Below, in pieces: positions 40,233 to 50,825 of a stretch of 64,000 nucleotides of DNA; position 1 is the stretch's first letter, and every line of letters starts with the position of its first letter. Origin of the DNA: an uncultured Candidatus Rokubacteria bacterium (GTDB taxonomy: Bacteria > Methylomirabilota > Methylomirabilia > Rokubacteriales > CSP1-6); the NCBI GenBank assembly GCA_963771355.1, contig CAVYTA010000007.1:544001-608000 (forward strand), in the 5' to 3' direction. Under the pieces are notes generated by a model. That model saw only the letters and a list, made by a program, of their open reading frames with translations. It was not told where the DNA came from and made no database searches. The position numbers and the translations under genes are program-made.

Positions 40233-41811
40233 CTAGGACTGCCTCAGCGCCGCGCCGATATCGTCGGGGCTCACCGGCTTGGTCAGATGGAGATCGAAGC
40301 CCGCCTCTTGCGCCCGGACGCGATCGTAGGGCTGGCCGTAGCCGGTCACCGCGACCAGCCGGATCACGGCGTTTCCCATCGCCTGCCGCACCCGCCGGGC
40401 GACTTCGTAGCCATCGAGCCCGGGAAGCCCCACGTCGATGAGGGCGACGTCCGGTTGCACCTGGAGGATCAGGGCGACGCCCGCCACCCCGTCCGCGGCC
40501 GTCCGGACCTCGTGGCCCTGCAGCGTGAGGAGGATCTGGAGCGCCTCGCGCGCATCCTCGTGATCCTCGACCACGACGATGCGTCGGGGAAGGGAGGGGG
40601 CCGGCGCGAGCTCGGGCCGAGGGGCGGCCGCCTCCGCGGCGAGGGGGAGACGCACGACGAACTCGCTGCCCTGTCCCGAGACCCGCGCTATGGGCCGCCA
40701 CGCGGCCCCCGTGCTGCTCGACGAGGCCCTTCACGACGGCGAGGCCGAGGCCGAGGCCGCCGCGCGCGCGTTGGAGGGAGACGTCGGTTTGCGTGAACGG
40801 CTCGAAGATGGACTCGAGCATCTCGGCGGCGAGACCGATCCCCCGATCTTCCACGCTGAGGACGGCCTCGCCGTTCTCCCGGCGCGCGACCACGCGGATC
40901 GGCTCGCCGGGGGGCGAGTACTTGACCGCGTTGTCGATGAGGTTCCCCGCGATCTGCTCGAGGCGCACCGGATCGCCTTCCACCACCACCGGGCGCCCAT
41001 CGGTGACGAGCGAGACGCGATGCGCGTGCGACACGGCGGCGTGGCGGGACTCGACACACTGGCGGACGACCTCGCGGAGATCGACGGGCTCCCGCCGCAG
41101 GGCGATCTTGCCCGACATGATCCGGGACACGTCGAGCAGATCGTCGATGAGCCGGGAGAGGTGCTGCGCCTGGCGGCCGATGATGGTCCGCGACCGGCTC
41201 TCGGCCTCCGCGCGGGCCTCGAATCGGTCGAGCACGGCGGCGCCGTTGACGATGGCGGCCAGGGGATTGCGGAGCTCGTGCCCCAGCATGGCCAGGAAAT
41301 TGTCCTTGGCCCGGCTCTCGCGCTCGGCGGCGGCGCGCGCGACGCGGAGCTCCGCCTCGACGCGCTCGCGGACGGCCAGGTAGTCGCGGGTCTCGTATTG
41401 CCGGCGCCGCGCGCGGAGCGCGGTCCGGATCGCCGCCACCAGGGTGATGGCGCGGACCGGCCGCTCGAGGACGGTGACGTTCCCGGACTCGGCCAGCGTC
41501 TGGAGCATCCGGTAGTTCGTGCCGCTCACGTGCCCGCTCGTGGTGAGGATCACCAGGGGCAGGTCCGACCAGGGAGCCTGTTGCTCGCAGGCCTCGAGGA
41601 GGAGCTGGGTCGACGCCCGGGCGAGCGCCTCCTCGGTCAGCAGCACCGCGCCCGCGCCCTCCCCGATGGCCTCGCAGAGCGCGTCGATCCCCGCGCAGAC
41701 TGCCGTGGCCATGCGGGCTCTGGACAGGACCTCGCACGCGATCTCGCCGTCCCGACCCACCGGCGCCAGGATGAGGACCCGTTCCTCCGCGGCGCTACTT
41801 GACGGGGCCAT
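40233..41811 (-). CDS. Hybrid histidine kinase (pseudo-REC-HisKA-HATPase-REC), frame break at ~40676
   Basis: GHELRNPL, NAVKY, DRGIG, GGLGLG; C-terminal REC in ORF 40233..40655; removing one base gives GLGQGSEFVVRLP. Confidence 0.88.
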
Positions 41812-43294
41812 CCGGGGCCGACCGATTCTCGGTCTTCAAGATCGTCGGAACGCCCGACAGCACTCCCTGGAATTGCGTCAGGGGCGGGCCGACCCGGACA
41901 CCGGGGCCGAAGTGGATCTCCCGGATCGTGTTCTCGTGCCGGCCCGTCCGGTTCTTCATGACCGAGACGGCGCGCCGGACCTCGCCGGTGACCTCGAAAT
42001 ATCGGAAGAGCAGGACCGTATCGGCCAGATACGTGACGTCCACCGGGGTGGACATGCTGCTGCCGATGAGCCCGTGCTGGGCCATGAGCATCAGGGTCAC
42101 CACGCCGCGCTGGTTCAGATAGGTGAGCATCTCGTGGAGCTGCACGATGAGCGAGCGCTCCTCCGGCATGGAGGCGAGCAGCCCGTTCAGGCTGTCGATG
42201 ACCACCAGCCGCGCATCATCCCGCTCCACGCCCCGGCGCACGCCCTGGATGAACTCGCCGGGGGAGAGCTGGGCGGCGTCCACCTGCTGGAGGGTGATGC
42301 GACCCCCTTCCACGTGGGACCGCAAGGGGAGGCCGAGCGCATCCGAGCGAAGGAGAGAGGTGCCGTCCTGCTCGTCGAAGAGGTAGACCATCGCGTGGTG
42401 CCCGCGGCCGGCGGCGCTCGTCGCGTACTGGGTCGCCACGATGGACTTCCCGGCCCCGGCCGGGCCCATGAGGAGGACGCTCGTCCCCCGGACCAGGCCT
42501 CCGCCCAGCAGGACGTCGAGCTCGGGCACGCCGCTCTCGACGACTCCACCGTCGCGGAGCTGGCGATGCTCCGTCGCGACCATGCGGGGGAATACCCGCA
42601 TGCCGCCGGTGACGATCCGGAAATCGTGGTACCCACCGCGAAAATCGAGGCCGCGGAGCTTGGCGATGCGGAGCCGTCGCCGCTCGGCGCCGAACTCGGT
42701 GGCGAGCTGCTCGAGCCGGATCACCCCATGCGAGATGCTGTGGAGCTGGAGATCACTGCGGTCCGCCGTCTGGTCGTCGAGGAGCAGCACGGTGCACTGC
42801 CGGCCGCCGAAGAAATGCTTCAAGGCCAGGATCTGCCGCCGGTAGCGCAGCGGATCGCGTGCGAGCAGCCGAATCTCGGACAGGGAGTCGAACACGACGC
42901 GGGTGGGGTTGGTCCGCTCCACCTCCCGGAATACCGCGGCGGTGGTCTCGCCGAGCTCCACCTCGGAGGGATGGAGGATGGTGTACTCGTCGTCCGCGCG
43001 TGGAGATTCGGCCGGGGCCAGCTCATACAAAGCCACGTCGTCGAGCGACCAGCCGTGCGACTGGGCCACCGCGCGAAGCTCGTCGGCGCTCTCGGAGAGC
43101 GTGACGTACAGGCCGGGCTCGCCGAGGCGGGCGCCCTCGAGCAGGAACTGCAGCGCGAGCGTCGTTTTCCCGGTCCCGGGCTCTCCTTCGACGAGATAGA
43201 GCCGGTTCCCCGGCAATCCGCCCCGCAGGATGTCGTCCAGGCCCTCGATGCCGGTGGAGACGGGGGAAGGCTGGACCGGGGGATTGTTGGGCAT
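41795..43294 (-). CDS. KaiC-like double-domain RecA-fold ATPase
   Basis: STGIEGLD, GEPGTGKT, FDS, KLRG; second domain SGVPELD, GPAGAGKS, IDS, KNR. Confidence 0.92.
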   Translation of the reverse strand: MPNNPPVQPSPVSTGIEGLDDILRGGLPGNRLYLVEGEPGTGKTTLALQFLLEGARLGEPGLYVTLSESADELRAVAQSHGWSLDDVALYELAPAESPRADDEYTILHPSEVELGETTAAVFREVERTNPTRVVFDSLSEIRLLARDPLRYRRQILALKHFFGGRQCTVLLLDDQTADRSDLQLHSISHGVIRLEQLATEFGAERRRLRIAKLRGLDFRGGYHDFRIVTGGMRVFPRMVATEHRQLRDGGVVESGVPELDVLLGGGLVRGTSVLLMGPAGAGKSIVATQYATSAAGRGHHAMVYLFDEQDGTSLLRSDALGLPLRSHVEGGRITLQQVDAAQLSPGEFIQGVRRGVERDDARLVVIDSLNGLLASMPEERSLIVQLHEMLTYLNQRGVVTLMLMAQHGLIGSSMSTPVDVTYLADTVLLFRYFEVTGEVRRAVSVMKNRTGRHENTIREIHFGPGVRVGPPLTQFQGVLSGVPTILKTENRSAPDGPVK

Positions 43295-43321
43295 CGAGCT
43301 CAGGGGTGGGCGGGTCTCGGG

Positions 43322-45059
43322 CTAGAGCCGCTTGAGGGTCTTCTCATGCGCCTGCCAGATCGGCCGCGGCAGGCGGTCGCCGAAGGTCTTGTAGAACTCC
43401 CCCAGCTCGTCGAGCGCGCGCACCCAGTCTTCCTTGCCCACCCGCAGCGCCTCCGCCAGCCGGTCCGGCGGCATGTCCAGTCCGGACAGGTCGAGCCCGT
43501 CCGGAGTGGGCACATTGCCAATGGCGGTCTCGGTGGCCTGGCCCCCACCCTGGATGCGCTCGAGGATCCACTTCAGCACGCGGACGTTCTCGCTGTAGCC
43601 GGGCCAGAGGTACTTGCCGTCGGCGTCCCGACGGAACCAGTTCACGCGGAAGATCTTGGGCGGGTTCTTGAGCCGGGGCCCCATGGCGAGCCAGTGCTGC
43701 AGGTAGTCGGCCATGTTGTAGCCGCAGAAGGGGAGCATGGCCATGGGATCGCGCCGCACCACGCCCACCTCTCCGGTGATGGCGGCGGTCGTCTCGGTGC
43801 CCATGGCCGAGCCGAGGAAGACGCCGTGGTCCCAGTCGAAGGCCTCGAAGACCAGCGGCACCACCCGCCCGCGCCGCGAGCCGAAGATGAAGCCGGAGAT
43901 AGGCACGCCCTCGGGATCCTCCCAGTTGGGCGCGATGGACGGGCACTGCGACGCGAGCACGGTGAAGCGGGAATTGGGATGCGCGGCGGGTCCGCCCCCG
44001 GGCTGCCAGGCCTTGCCCTGCCAGTCGAGCGTTCCCGCCGGCGCCGGCTTGTCCATGCCCTCCCACCAGGGCTCGCGATCCGGCGTCATCGCGACATTGG
44101 TGAAGATGGTGTTGGAGCGCACCATGGTCATCCCGTTGGGATTGGTCTTGGGCGAGGTGTTCGGCGCCACCCCGAAGAAGCCCCGCTCGGGATTGACGGC
44201 GCGGAGCTGGCCCTGCTTGTCCACGTGGATCCAGGCGATGTCGTCGCCCACCGTCCAGCAGCGGTAGCCGGGCAGCCGCGAGATCACCATGGCGAGATTG
44301 GTCTTGCCGGACGCGCTCGGCATGGCGCCGGCGAGGTAGGTGACCTTGCCGGTCGGGTCCTCCACGCCGAGGATCAGCATGTGCTCGGCGAGCCAGCCCT
44401 CCTGGTGCGCCTGCGCGGAGGCGATGCGGAGGGCGTGGCACTTCTTGCCCAGCAGCGCGTTGCCGCCGTAGCCGGAGCCCACGCTCCAGATGAGCTTTTC
44501 CTCGGGGAAGTGGAGGATGAAGCGGCGGTCCGGGGAGAGATCGCCGAGGGAGTGAAGTCCCGGGACGAAGTCGTCGTCGGCGCGCATGTGCTCGAGGGCC
44601 ACCGCTCCCACCCGCGTCATGATGTGCATGCTCGCGGTGGCGTAGGCGCTGTCCGACACCATCAGGCCCACGCGGCTCATCGACGAGCCCGCGGGTCCCA
44701 TGAGGTAGGGGATGACGTACATGGTCCGCCCGCGCATGCTCCCGCGGAAGAGACCGCCCACGCGCCCCTTCGCCTCCGTCGGGGTCCATCCAGTTATTGG
44801 TCGGACCCGCGTCGTCCTTTTCACGCGAGCAGATGAACGTGAGCTGCTCGGTGCGGGCGACGTCGGTGGGATGGCTGCGGTGGAGATAACAGTTCGGGTA
44901 GGTCTTCTCGTTGAGCGGTACCAGCGTGCCGTCGGCGAGCATCTGCCCCACCAGCCGGTCGTACTCCGCCTTGGAGCCATCGCACCAGACGACGTCGGCG
45001 GGTTTGGTGAGGGCGGCTACCTCGTCCACCCACTTCTCGGCGACAGTCGTCATGGCCAT
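43322..45059 (-). CDS. pckG: Phosphoenolpyruvate carboxykinase (GTP), frame break at ~44783
   Basis: WCDGS, DVARTE, GPTNNW, GSGYGGNALLGKKC, PSASGKTN, VGDDIAW, NPERGFFGVAP, HPNSRF. Confidence 0.93.
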
Positions 45060-45161
45060 AGCGATGTCCTCGCGGCGTAGGGATGGAAGGCCAGAAGGCT
45101 ACGGCTCGGGCGCTACTCTAGCAGAAAAGCCCGCGCGAGGATTTCAAAGTCGCTTCTGGCC

Positions 45162-46529
<1,368 letters not shown>

Positions 46530-46543
46530 GGGCGATGTGCGAG

Positions 46544-46559
46544 TGCAACCGCCATGCCC
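46544..46559 (-). promoter_or_regulatory. Sigma-54 promoter of NtrC-family gene
   Basis: Minus strand GGGCATGGCGGTTGCA (GG-N10-GC). Confidence 0.65.
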
Positions 46560-46622
46560 GGTCCCGCGCAGCCATTTGGCGCGGGTTTAGCGCAACTTAC
46601 AGCGAGAGGAAGGAAAGTCCCA

Positions 46623-46649
46623 GAACCTATTTACCGTGTAAATTTCGAC
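46623..46649. promoter_or_regulatory. Putative enhancer (UAS) box pair
   Basis: gaacctatttacc-g-tgtaaatttcgac. Confidence 0.55.
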
Positions 46650-46796
46650 CCAAAACGCCGCCACGATGGCTCGCGGCGTGTCGTCGGGTGGCTCGTCCGC
46701 CGAAGGAGTCGAGCACGGCGAAGAGCGCGCGCGCTCCTCGCCGTGCTCCGCATGCACCCACCGACCGCGGCCGGCGGGCGCTGATTGTCCCGAGTC

Positions 46797-47045
46797 CTAG
46801 CGCCGACGTGGCGGCGTGGAGGGGCGACTCTCGTCGGCGACGTCCCAGTCCGTCTCCTCGAGGAAGTCATCGAGCTCCTGCTCCGCCTGGTCCTTGGCGT
46901 AGCCGTAGCGCTCCTGGAGGAGGCCGGCCAGCTTCTCGAATCGGCCGGCGGACTTGTCCAGCTCGTCGTCGGTGAGCTCGCCCCACTTTTCCTTCACGGT
47001 GCCCTTGACCTTCTTCCACTTGCCTTCAAGGATGTCACGGTTCAT
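46797..47045 (-). CDS. csbD: CsbD-family general stress protein
   Basis: MNRDILEGKWKKVKGTVKEKWGELTDDEL...LQERYG; AAGGAGG RBS. Confidence 0.93.
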   Translation of the reverse strand: MNRDILEGKWKKVKGTVKEKWGELTDDELDKSAGRFEKLAGLLQERYGYAKDQAEQELDDFLEETDWDVADESRPSTPPRRR

Positions 47046-47071
47046 AGCGCCCTCCTTGCTTGGGGAACGGG

Positions 47072-47087
47072 AGCAATATCCATGCAA
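47072..47087 (-). promoter_or_regulatory. Near-consensus sigma-54 promoter of csbD
   Basis: Minus strand TTGCATGGATATTGCT (one mismatch in the -24 GG). Confidence 0.45.
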
Positions 47088-47172
47088 GCCACTTCTTGCC
47101 GCGTAAGTGCGCGCCCGCTCGCGGATCGTGCGGACCGCGCCGGAGAAAGGCCGTCACATCGCGGGAGGGCGG

Positions 47173-47216
47173 GGGAGTCCCTACCGGGTAAAACGCCGTG
47201 ATTCTGTAAAACGCCG
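47173..47216. promoter_or_regulatory. Putative enhancer (UAS) box pair plus direct repeat
   Basis: gggagtccctacc-g-ggtaaaacgccgt; GTAAAACGCCG at 47188 and 47206. Confidence 0.55.
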
Positions 47217-47248
47217 GGCGTCCATGAACGGTCGTCATCATGGCGGGA

Positions 47249-47264
47249 CGGTATTCAACTTGCA
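47249..47264 (+). promoter_or_regulatory. Sigma-54 promoter
   Basis: CGGTATTCAACTTGCA. Confidence 0.6.
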
Positions 47265-47291
47265 CCATGGCGGAGGCGGGAGGACCAACAC

Positions 47292-47513
47292 ATGAAAGGG
47301 ATCACCATCGTCGGGGTGCTGCTCATCGTCCTGGGGGTCATCGCGCTCGGCTACGAGGGCATCACCTACACCACGCGCGAGAAGGTCCTCGACATCGGGC
47401 CGCTGAAGGCCAGCGTGGACAAGAAGAAGACCATCCCGCTCTCGCCGGCCCTGGGCGCGCTGGCGCTGGTCGGGGGGATCGTGCTGGTGGTGGTGGGCGC
47501 GCGGCGCGGGTAA
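47292..47513 (+). CDS. Small 2-TM membrane protein (DUF3185-like)
   Basis: GGAGG RBS; TM-YTTREKVLDIGPL...KTIPL-TM. Confidence 0.8.
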   Translation: MKGITIVGVLLIVLGVIALGYEGITYTTREKVLDIGPLKASVDKKKTIPLSPALGALALVGGIVLVVVGARRG

Positions 47514-47525
47514 CTGCCGGTGCGC

Positions 47526-50156
47526 TCAGACCGGCCGGCCGGCGGCCGGAGCGCTGCCGGCGAGAAGCTGGACGAGCAGGGCGATCAGGGTGGCGGTGTT
47601 CACCGGCTTCGGCACGTGCAGGTCATAGCCGGCGTCGAGGATGCGCCGCCGGTCGTCCTCGCTCGCGTAGGCCGTCAAGGCCACGGCGCGGATGCGCCCG
47701 CCGCGCGTCGATTCGAGACGGCGCATGCGCTCGATGAGGCTGATGCCGTCCTCGCCCGGCATCCCGATGTCGGACACGAGCACGGCCGGCCAGCGCCGCG
47801 CCGCCTCCCCCATCGCCTCCGCCACCGAGGCGGCCGTGCTCACGTGGGCGCCCAGGCGGGCGAGGCTCACCGAGACCGCCTCGCGCGCGTCGGCATCGTC
47901 GTCGACCACGAGCACCGCGAGGTCCCGTAGCACCTCCCCCGCTGGTGCGGCGAGCTCCAGGCCCGCCGGACCCCGCCAGGGCCGCGTGCTCGCGGTGAGG
48001 GGCAGCATGACCGTGAAGGTGGTCCCCCGGGCCTCGCCGGGGCTTTCCGCCCGGATGGTGCCGTGGTGCAGCTCCACCAGCTGGCGCGCGATGGCCAGCC
48101 CCAGGCCGAGGCCGCCCTGCGGCCGGGTGGTGCTGCTGTCGCCCTGACGGAAGCGGTCGAAGATGTGTGGGAGGAGCGAGGGCGCGATGCCCTGACCCGA
48201 ATCGTGGACTTCCACCTCGGCGTCGGTGCCGCGCCGGCGGAGCCGGACCTCGATGCGCCCGCCCACCGGGGTGAACTTGAGCGCATTGGACAGGAGGTTC
48301 CACATCACCTGCTGCAGGCGGGTGGCGTCGCCGAGCACCGGCCCGACGTCCGGGTCGAGGGTCCTGACGACCGTGAGGTGCTTGGCCTCCGCGGTGGCCC
48401 GCACCGTTTCCACCGCGGACTCGATCACCGCCTGCAGCTCGATGGGGCCCAGCTCCAGGCGGAGCTTGCCCGACGCGATTCGCGAGATGTCGAGCAGGTC
48501 GTCGATGAGCTGCGCCTGGAGCGCGGCGTTGCGGTCGATGGTGTCGATCCCTCGCGCCAGCGTGTCCGGGTCCAATGGGCGCTGGCGGAGCACGCCGGCC
48601 CAGAGACGGAGCGCGTTGAGGGGCGTGCGCAGCTCATGGGACAAGGTGGCGAGGAACTCGTCCTTGGCCCGGTTGGCGCGCTCCGCGTCGCCGCGCGCAC
48701 GCTGCTCGCGCTCCAGTAGCTCCGAGCGCTCCGCCTCCGCCCGCTTCCGATCGGTGACGTCGAGGGCGACCAGGATGGCGAAGGGGGGCCGGCCGGTCTC
48801 CCGGATGGACGAGACCGATACGCTCGCCCACACCGACGTCCCGTCGGGACGGCGCAGCCGTACCTCGCGGGTCTGGTTGTGCCCGTGCTCCAGGGGGTCG
48901 GCGAGCAGGCGCCGCCCGTCCGCGGCGTCGTCCGGATGGATGAACTGCTCGAGTCGCGAGCCCAGCACCTGCTCGCGGGGGCGGCCCACCATGTCGCAGA
49001 GCCGGTCGTTGGCGAGGGTGAAGCCGCCCTCGAGGTCGAGCTGGGCGATGCCGGCGATGCTGCGGTCGATGATCGCGCTGAGGCGCTCCTCGCGGTCGCG
49101 CAGCGTTCGCTCTCCCTCCGCGCGCTGGAAGCCGGCGGTGAGGAGCGCGTCGGCCATGGAGTGGATCTCCTTCACCGGCGAGGGCGGATGGGTGGTCATC
49201 CGCCCCGAGCACAGGGCGTAGGCGGAGGCGGACAGCGCTTGCAGCGGACGCGTGATGCGCCGCCCCAGGATGGTGGCGGCTAGCCCGCTCAGGAGCAGGA
49301 AGCCCACGCCGCCCATCACCACCGCACCCAGCGAGCGCCAGAAGGGATACTCCACCACCGCGGTGGGAACGGCCACCACCACCGTCCAGCCCGCCGCCCC
49401 CGTGCGCGCGTTGGCGAAGTACACGGCGCGCCCCGTCGCGTCGGAGCCCTGGTGCCAGCCGGGCGCCTTCATGTCGCCCCCCGCGGTGACGGCCAGCGCC
49501 GAGCGCCGGCCGACCGCCTCGGCGTGTCCCGGATGCTGGGCGAGGATGCTGCCGTGCGCGTCGACCACCGAGGCCGACCATTCATCGGGATGCTTCTGCT
49601 CGGCAAGAATGTCCCGGAGCGAGCCCGGGGTGACGCTGGCGCTCAGGACGTAGAGGAGGGACACGTCGCGGAATACCGGCAACCGCACCATGTAGCTGCG
49701 ATCATCGGATCGCGGGCCGGCCATGAGTCCGCTCACCGCGGGGAAGCCGGACGACACCGCCCGCGTGAAGCTCTCGCGCTCCGTCACGGCCTCGGGCGAA
49801 TCCCCATAGGGAACGAGCGTGTTGAGGACGCGGCGGCCGTCGGGCTCGGCGAGCGTCACCGCCAGCCAGCCGCGCTGGGTCTCGAGGCGCCGGCGGGCAT
49901 CCGCATAGAAGAGCGAGAAGTCGCGGCGCTCGAGATTGCGCGAGGTGGCGAGGATCTTGAGGGTGCCGACGGTGTTGTTGAGCTCACGATCCACGGCGGC
50001 GGCGAGCCCACGCGCGGTGTCATGCAGCTCGCGCTCGACGGCGCCCCGGCGCTCGTCCGAGATGCTCAGCGCCAGCCAGCCGCTGAAGACCACGACGGGA
50101 AGGACGGCGGCGATCACCAGGATGAAGAGGTGGGCCCGGACGGAGAACCGCTTCAC
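47526..50156 (-). CDS. Membrane hybrid histidine kinase (Cache-like-PAS-HisKA-HATPase-REC)
   Basis: Two TMs, PAS IHPDD, SHELRTPL, NALKF, DSGQGI, SDIGMP. Confidence 0.92.
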   Translation of the reverse strand: MKRFSVRAHLFILVIAAVLPVVVFSGWLALSISDERRGAVERELHDTARGLAAAVDRELNNTVGTLKILATSRNLERRDFSLFYADARRRLETQRGWLAVTLAEPDGRRVLNTLVPYGDSPEAVTERESFTRAVSSGFPAVSGLMAGPRSDDRSYMVRLPVFRDVSLLYVLSASVTPGSLRDILAEQKHPDEWSASVVDAHGSILAQHPGHAEAVGRRSALAVTAGGDMKAPGWHQGSDATGRAVYFANARTGAAGWTVVVAVPTAVVEYPFWRSLGAVVMGGVGFLLLSGLAATILGRRITRPLQALSASAYALCSGRMTTHPPSPVKEIHSMADALLTAGFQRAEGERTLRDREERLSAIIDRSIAGIAQLDLEGGFTLANDRLCDMVGRPREQVLGSRLEQFIHPDDAADGRRLLADPLEHGHNQTREVRLRRPDGTSVWASVSVSSIRETGRPPFAILVALDVTDRKRAEAERSELLEREQRARGDAERANRAKDEFLATLSHELRTPLNALRLWAGVLRQRPLDPDTLARGIDTIDRNAALQAQLIDDLLDISRIASGKLRLELGPIELQAVIESAVETVRATAEAKHLTVVRTLDPDVGPVLGDATRLQQVMWNLLSNALKFTPVGGRIEVRLRRRGTDAEVEVHDSGQGIAPSLLPHIFDRFRQGDSSTTRPQGGLGLGLAIARQLVELHHGTIRAESPGEARGTTFTVMLPLTASTRPWRGPAGLELAAPAGEVLRDLAVLVVDDDADAREAVSVSLARLGAHVSTAASVAEAMGEAARRWPAVLVSDIGMPGEDGISLIERMRRLESTRGGRIRAVALTAYASEDDRRRILDAGYDLHVPKPVNTATLIALLVQLLAGSAPAAGRPV

Positions 50157-50169
50157 AGGCGCGACGTCT

Positions 50170-50436
50170 TCACTTGGACGGGCGAGGCGCCTTCTTCTCG
50201 TCTCCGGGGGCGTTGTCGTCGATCCATTCCCGAGCCACCCGCACGCCCGTCGCCAGGGCGGCCGATTCGCTGGGGAACTCCGTGCCGTCCAGGTCGAGCG
50301 GGGTGGTGCTCACGCCGGTGGCGGTCTCATGCTGCACGGTCGCCACCGCCGCCCAGGCGCCGTCCGGACGCTGCTCGGTGGTGACCTCGATCTCGTACCC
50401 GGGAACGCCGGACGGCACGACGTGTCGCTGAATCAT
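50170..50436 (-). CDS. Small hypothetical protein (88 aa)
   Basis: AGGAGG RBS, upstream sigma-54 site, 13 nt before the kinase start. Confidence 0.75.
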   Translation of the reverse strand: MIQRHVVPSGVPGYEIEVTTEQRPDGAWAAVATVQHETATGVSTTPLDLDGTEFPSESAALATGVRVAREWIDDNAPGDEKKAPRPSK

Positions 50437-50510
50437 TCGTGAACCCTCCTGGGCTGGACACGCGAGCTGGGCCCTGCTTGGTCCGCCTCTGTATAAAGGA
50501 ACCAATACTT

Positions 50511-50526
50511 TGCAAGCGGTGTGCCG
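50511..50526 (-). promoter_or_regulatory. Sigma-54 promoter
   Basis: Minus strand CGGCACACCGCTTGCA. Confidence 0.75.
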
Positions 50527-50617
50527 CGAAGGTGCCCAGAAAGACGGCTGAAATGGTGCCTGGTTCTGCCGATTCGCGGGCCGGGTGCCTGACCCAGCCC
50601 CATTTTTTCCCAGGGCA

Positions 50618-50644
50618 GGGAATGCCTACCGTGTAGTTTCGGGG
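50618..50644. promoter_or_regulatory. Putative enhancer (UAS) box pair
   Basis: gggaatgcctacc-g-tgtagtttcgggg. Confidence 0.55.
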
Positions 50645-50825
50645 CCGCGCGCGTTGGTCCGACCCTGGCCCGACCCTTGCTCTCCGGACTGCCCGTGCAC
50701 GTCGCGCCCAGCTCGGGCCTGGCCTAGCCCAGGTTACTTCGAGGAGTCATCCACGGAGGCCCGCCCCGCCGAACGGCCGGGCGGGCGACTATCTACAGCC
50801 GGCTCGGGCTGGCGCGACGGGCTCG

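Noticed and set aside
40222..40796. Apparent 190-aa C-terminal extension of the PAS hybrid kinase
   Set aside because: It is the antisense of the convergent kinase's REC domain; stops lie in the +1 frame at 40219 and 40234, so an indel is more likely
41795..43294. True circadian clock
   Set aside because: No kaiA/kaiB in the window and the ST phosphosite pair is not conserved
41519..44836. 1105-aa plus-strand ORF and many other long shadow ORFs
   Set aside because: Antisense or off-frame to clear genes (kaiC-like, pckG); expected at ~70% GC
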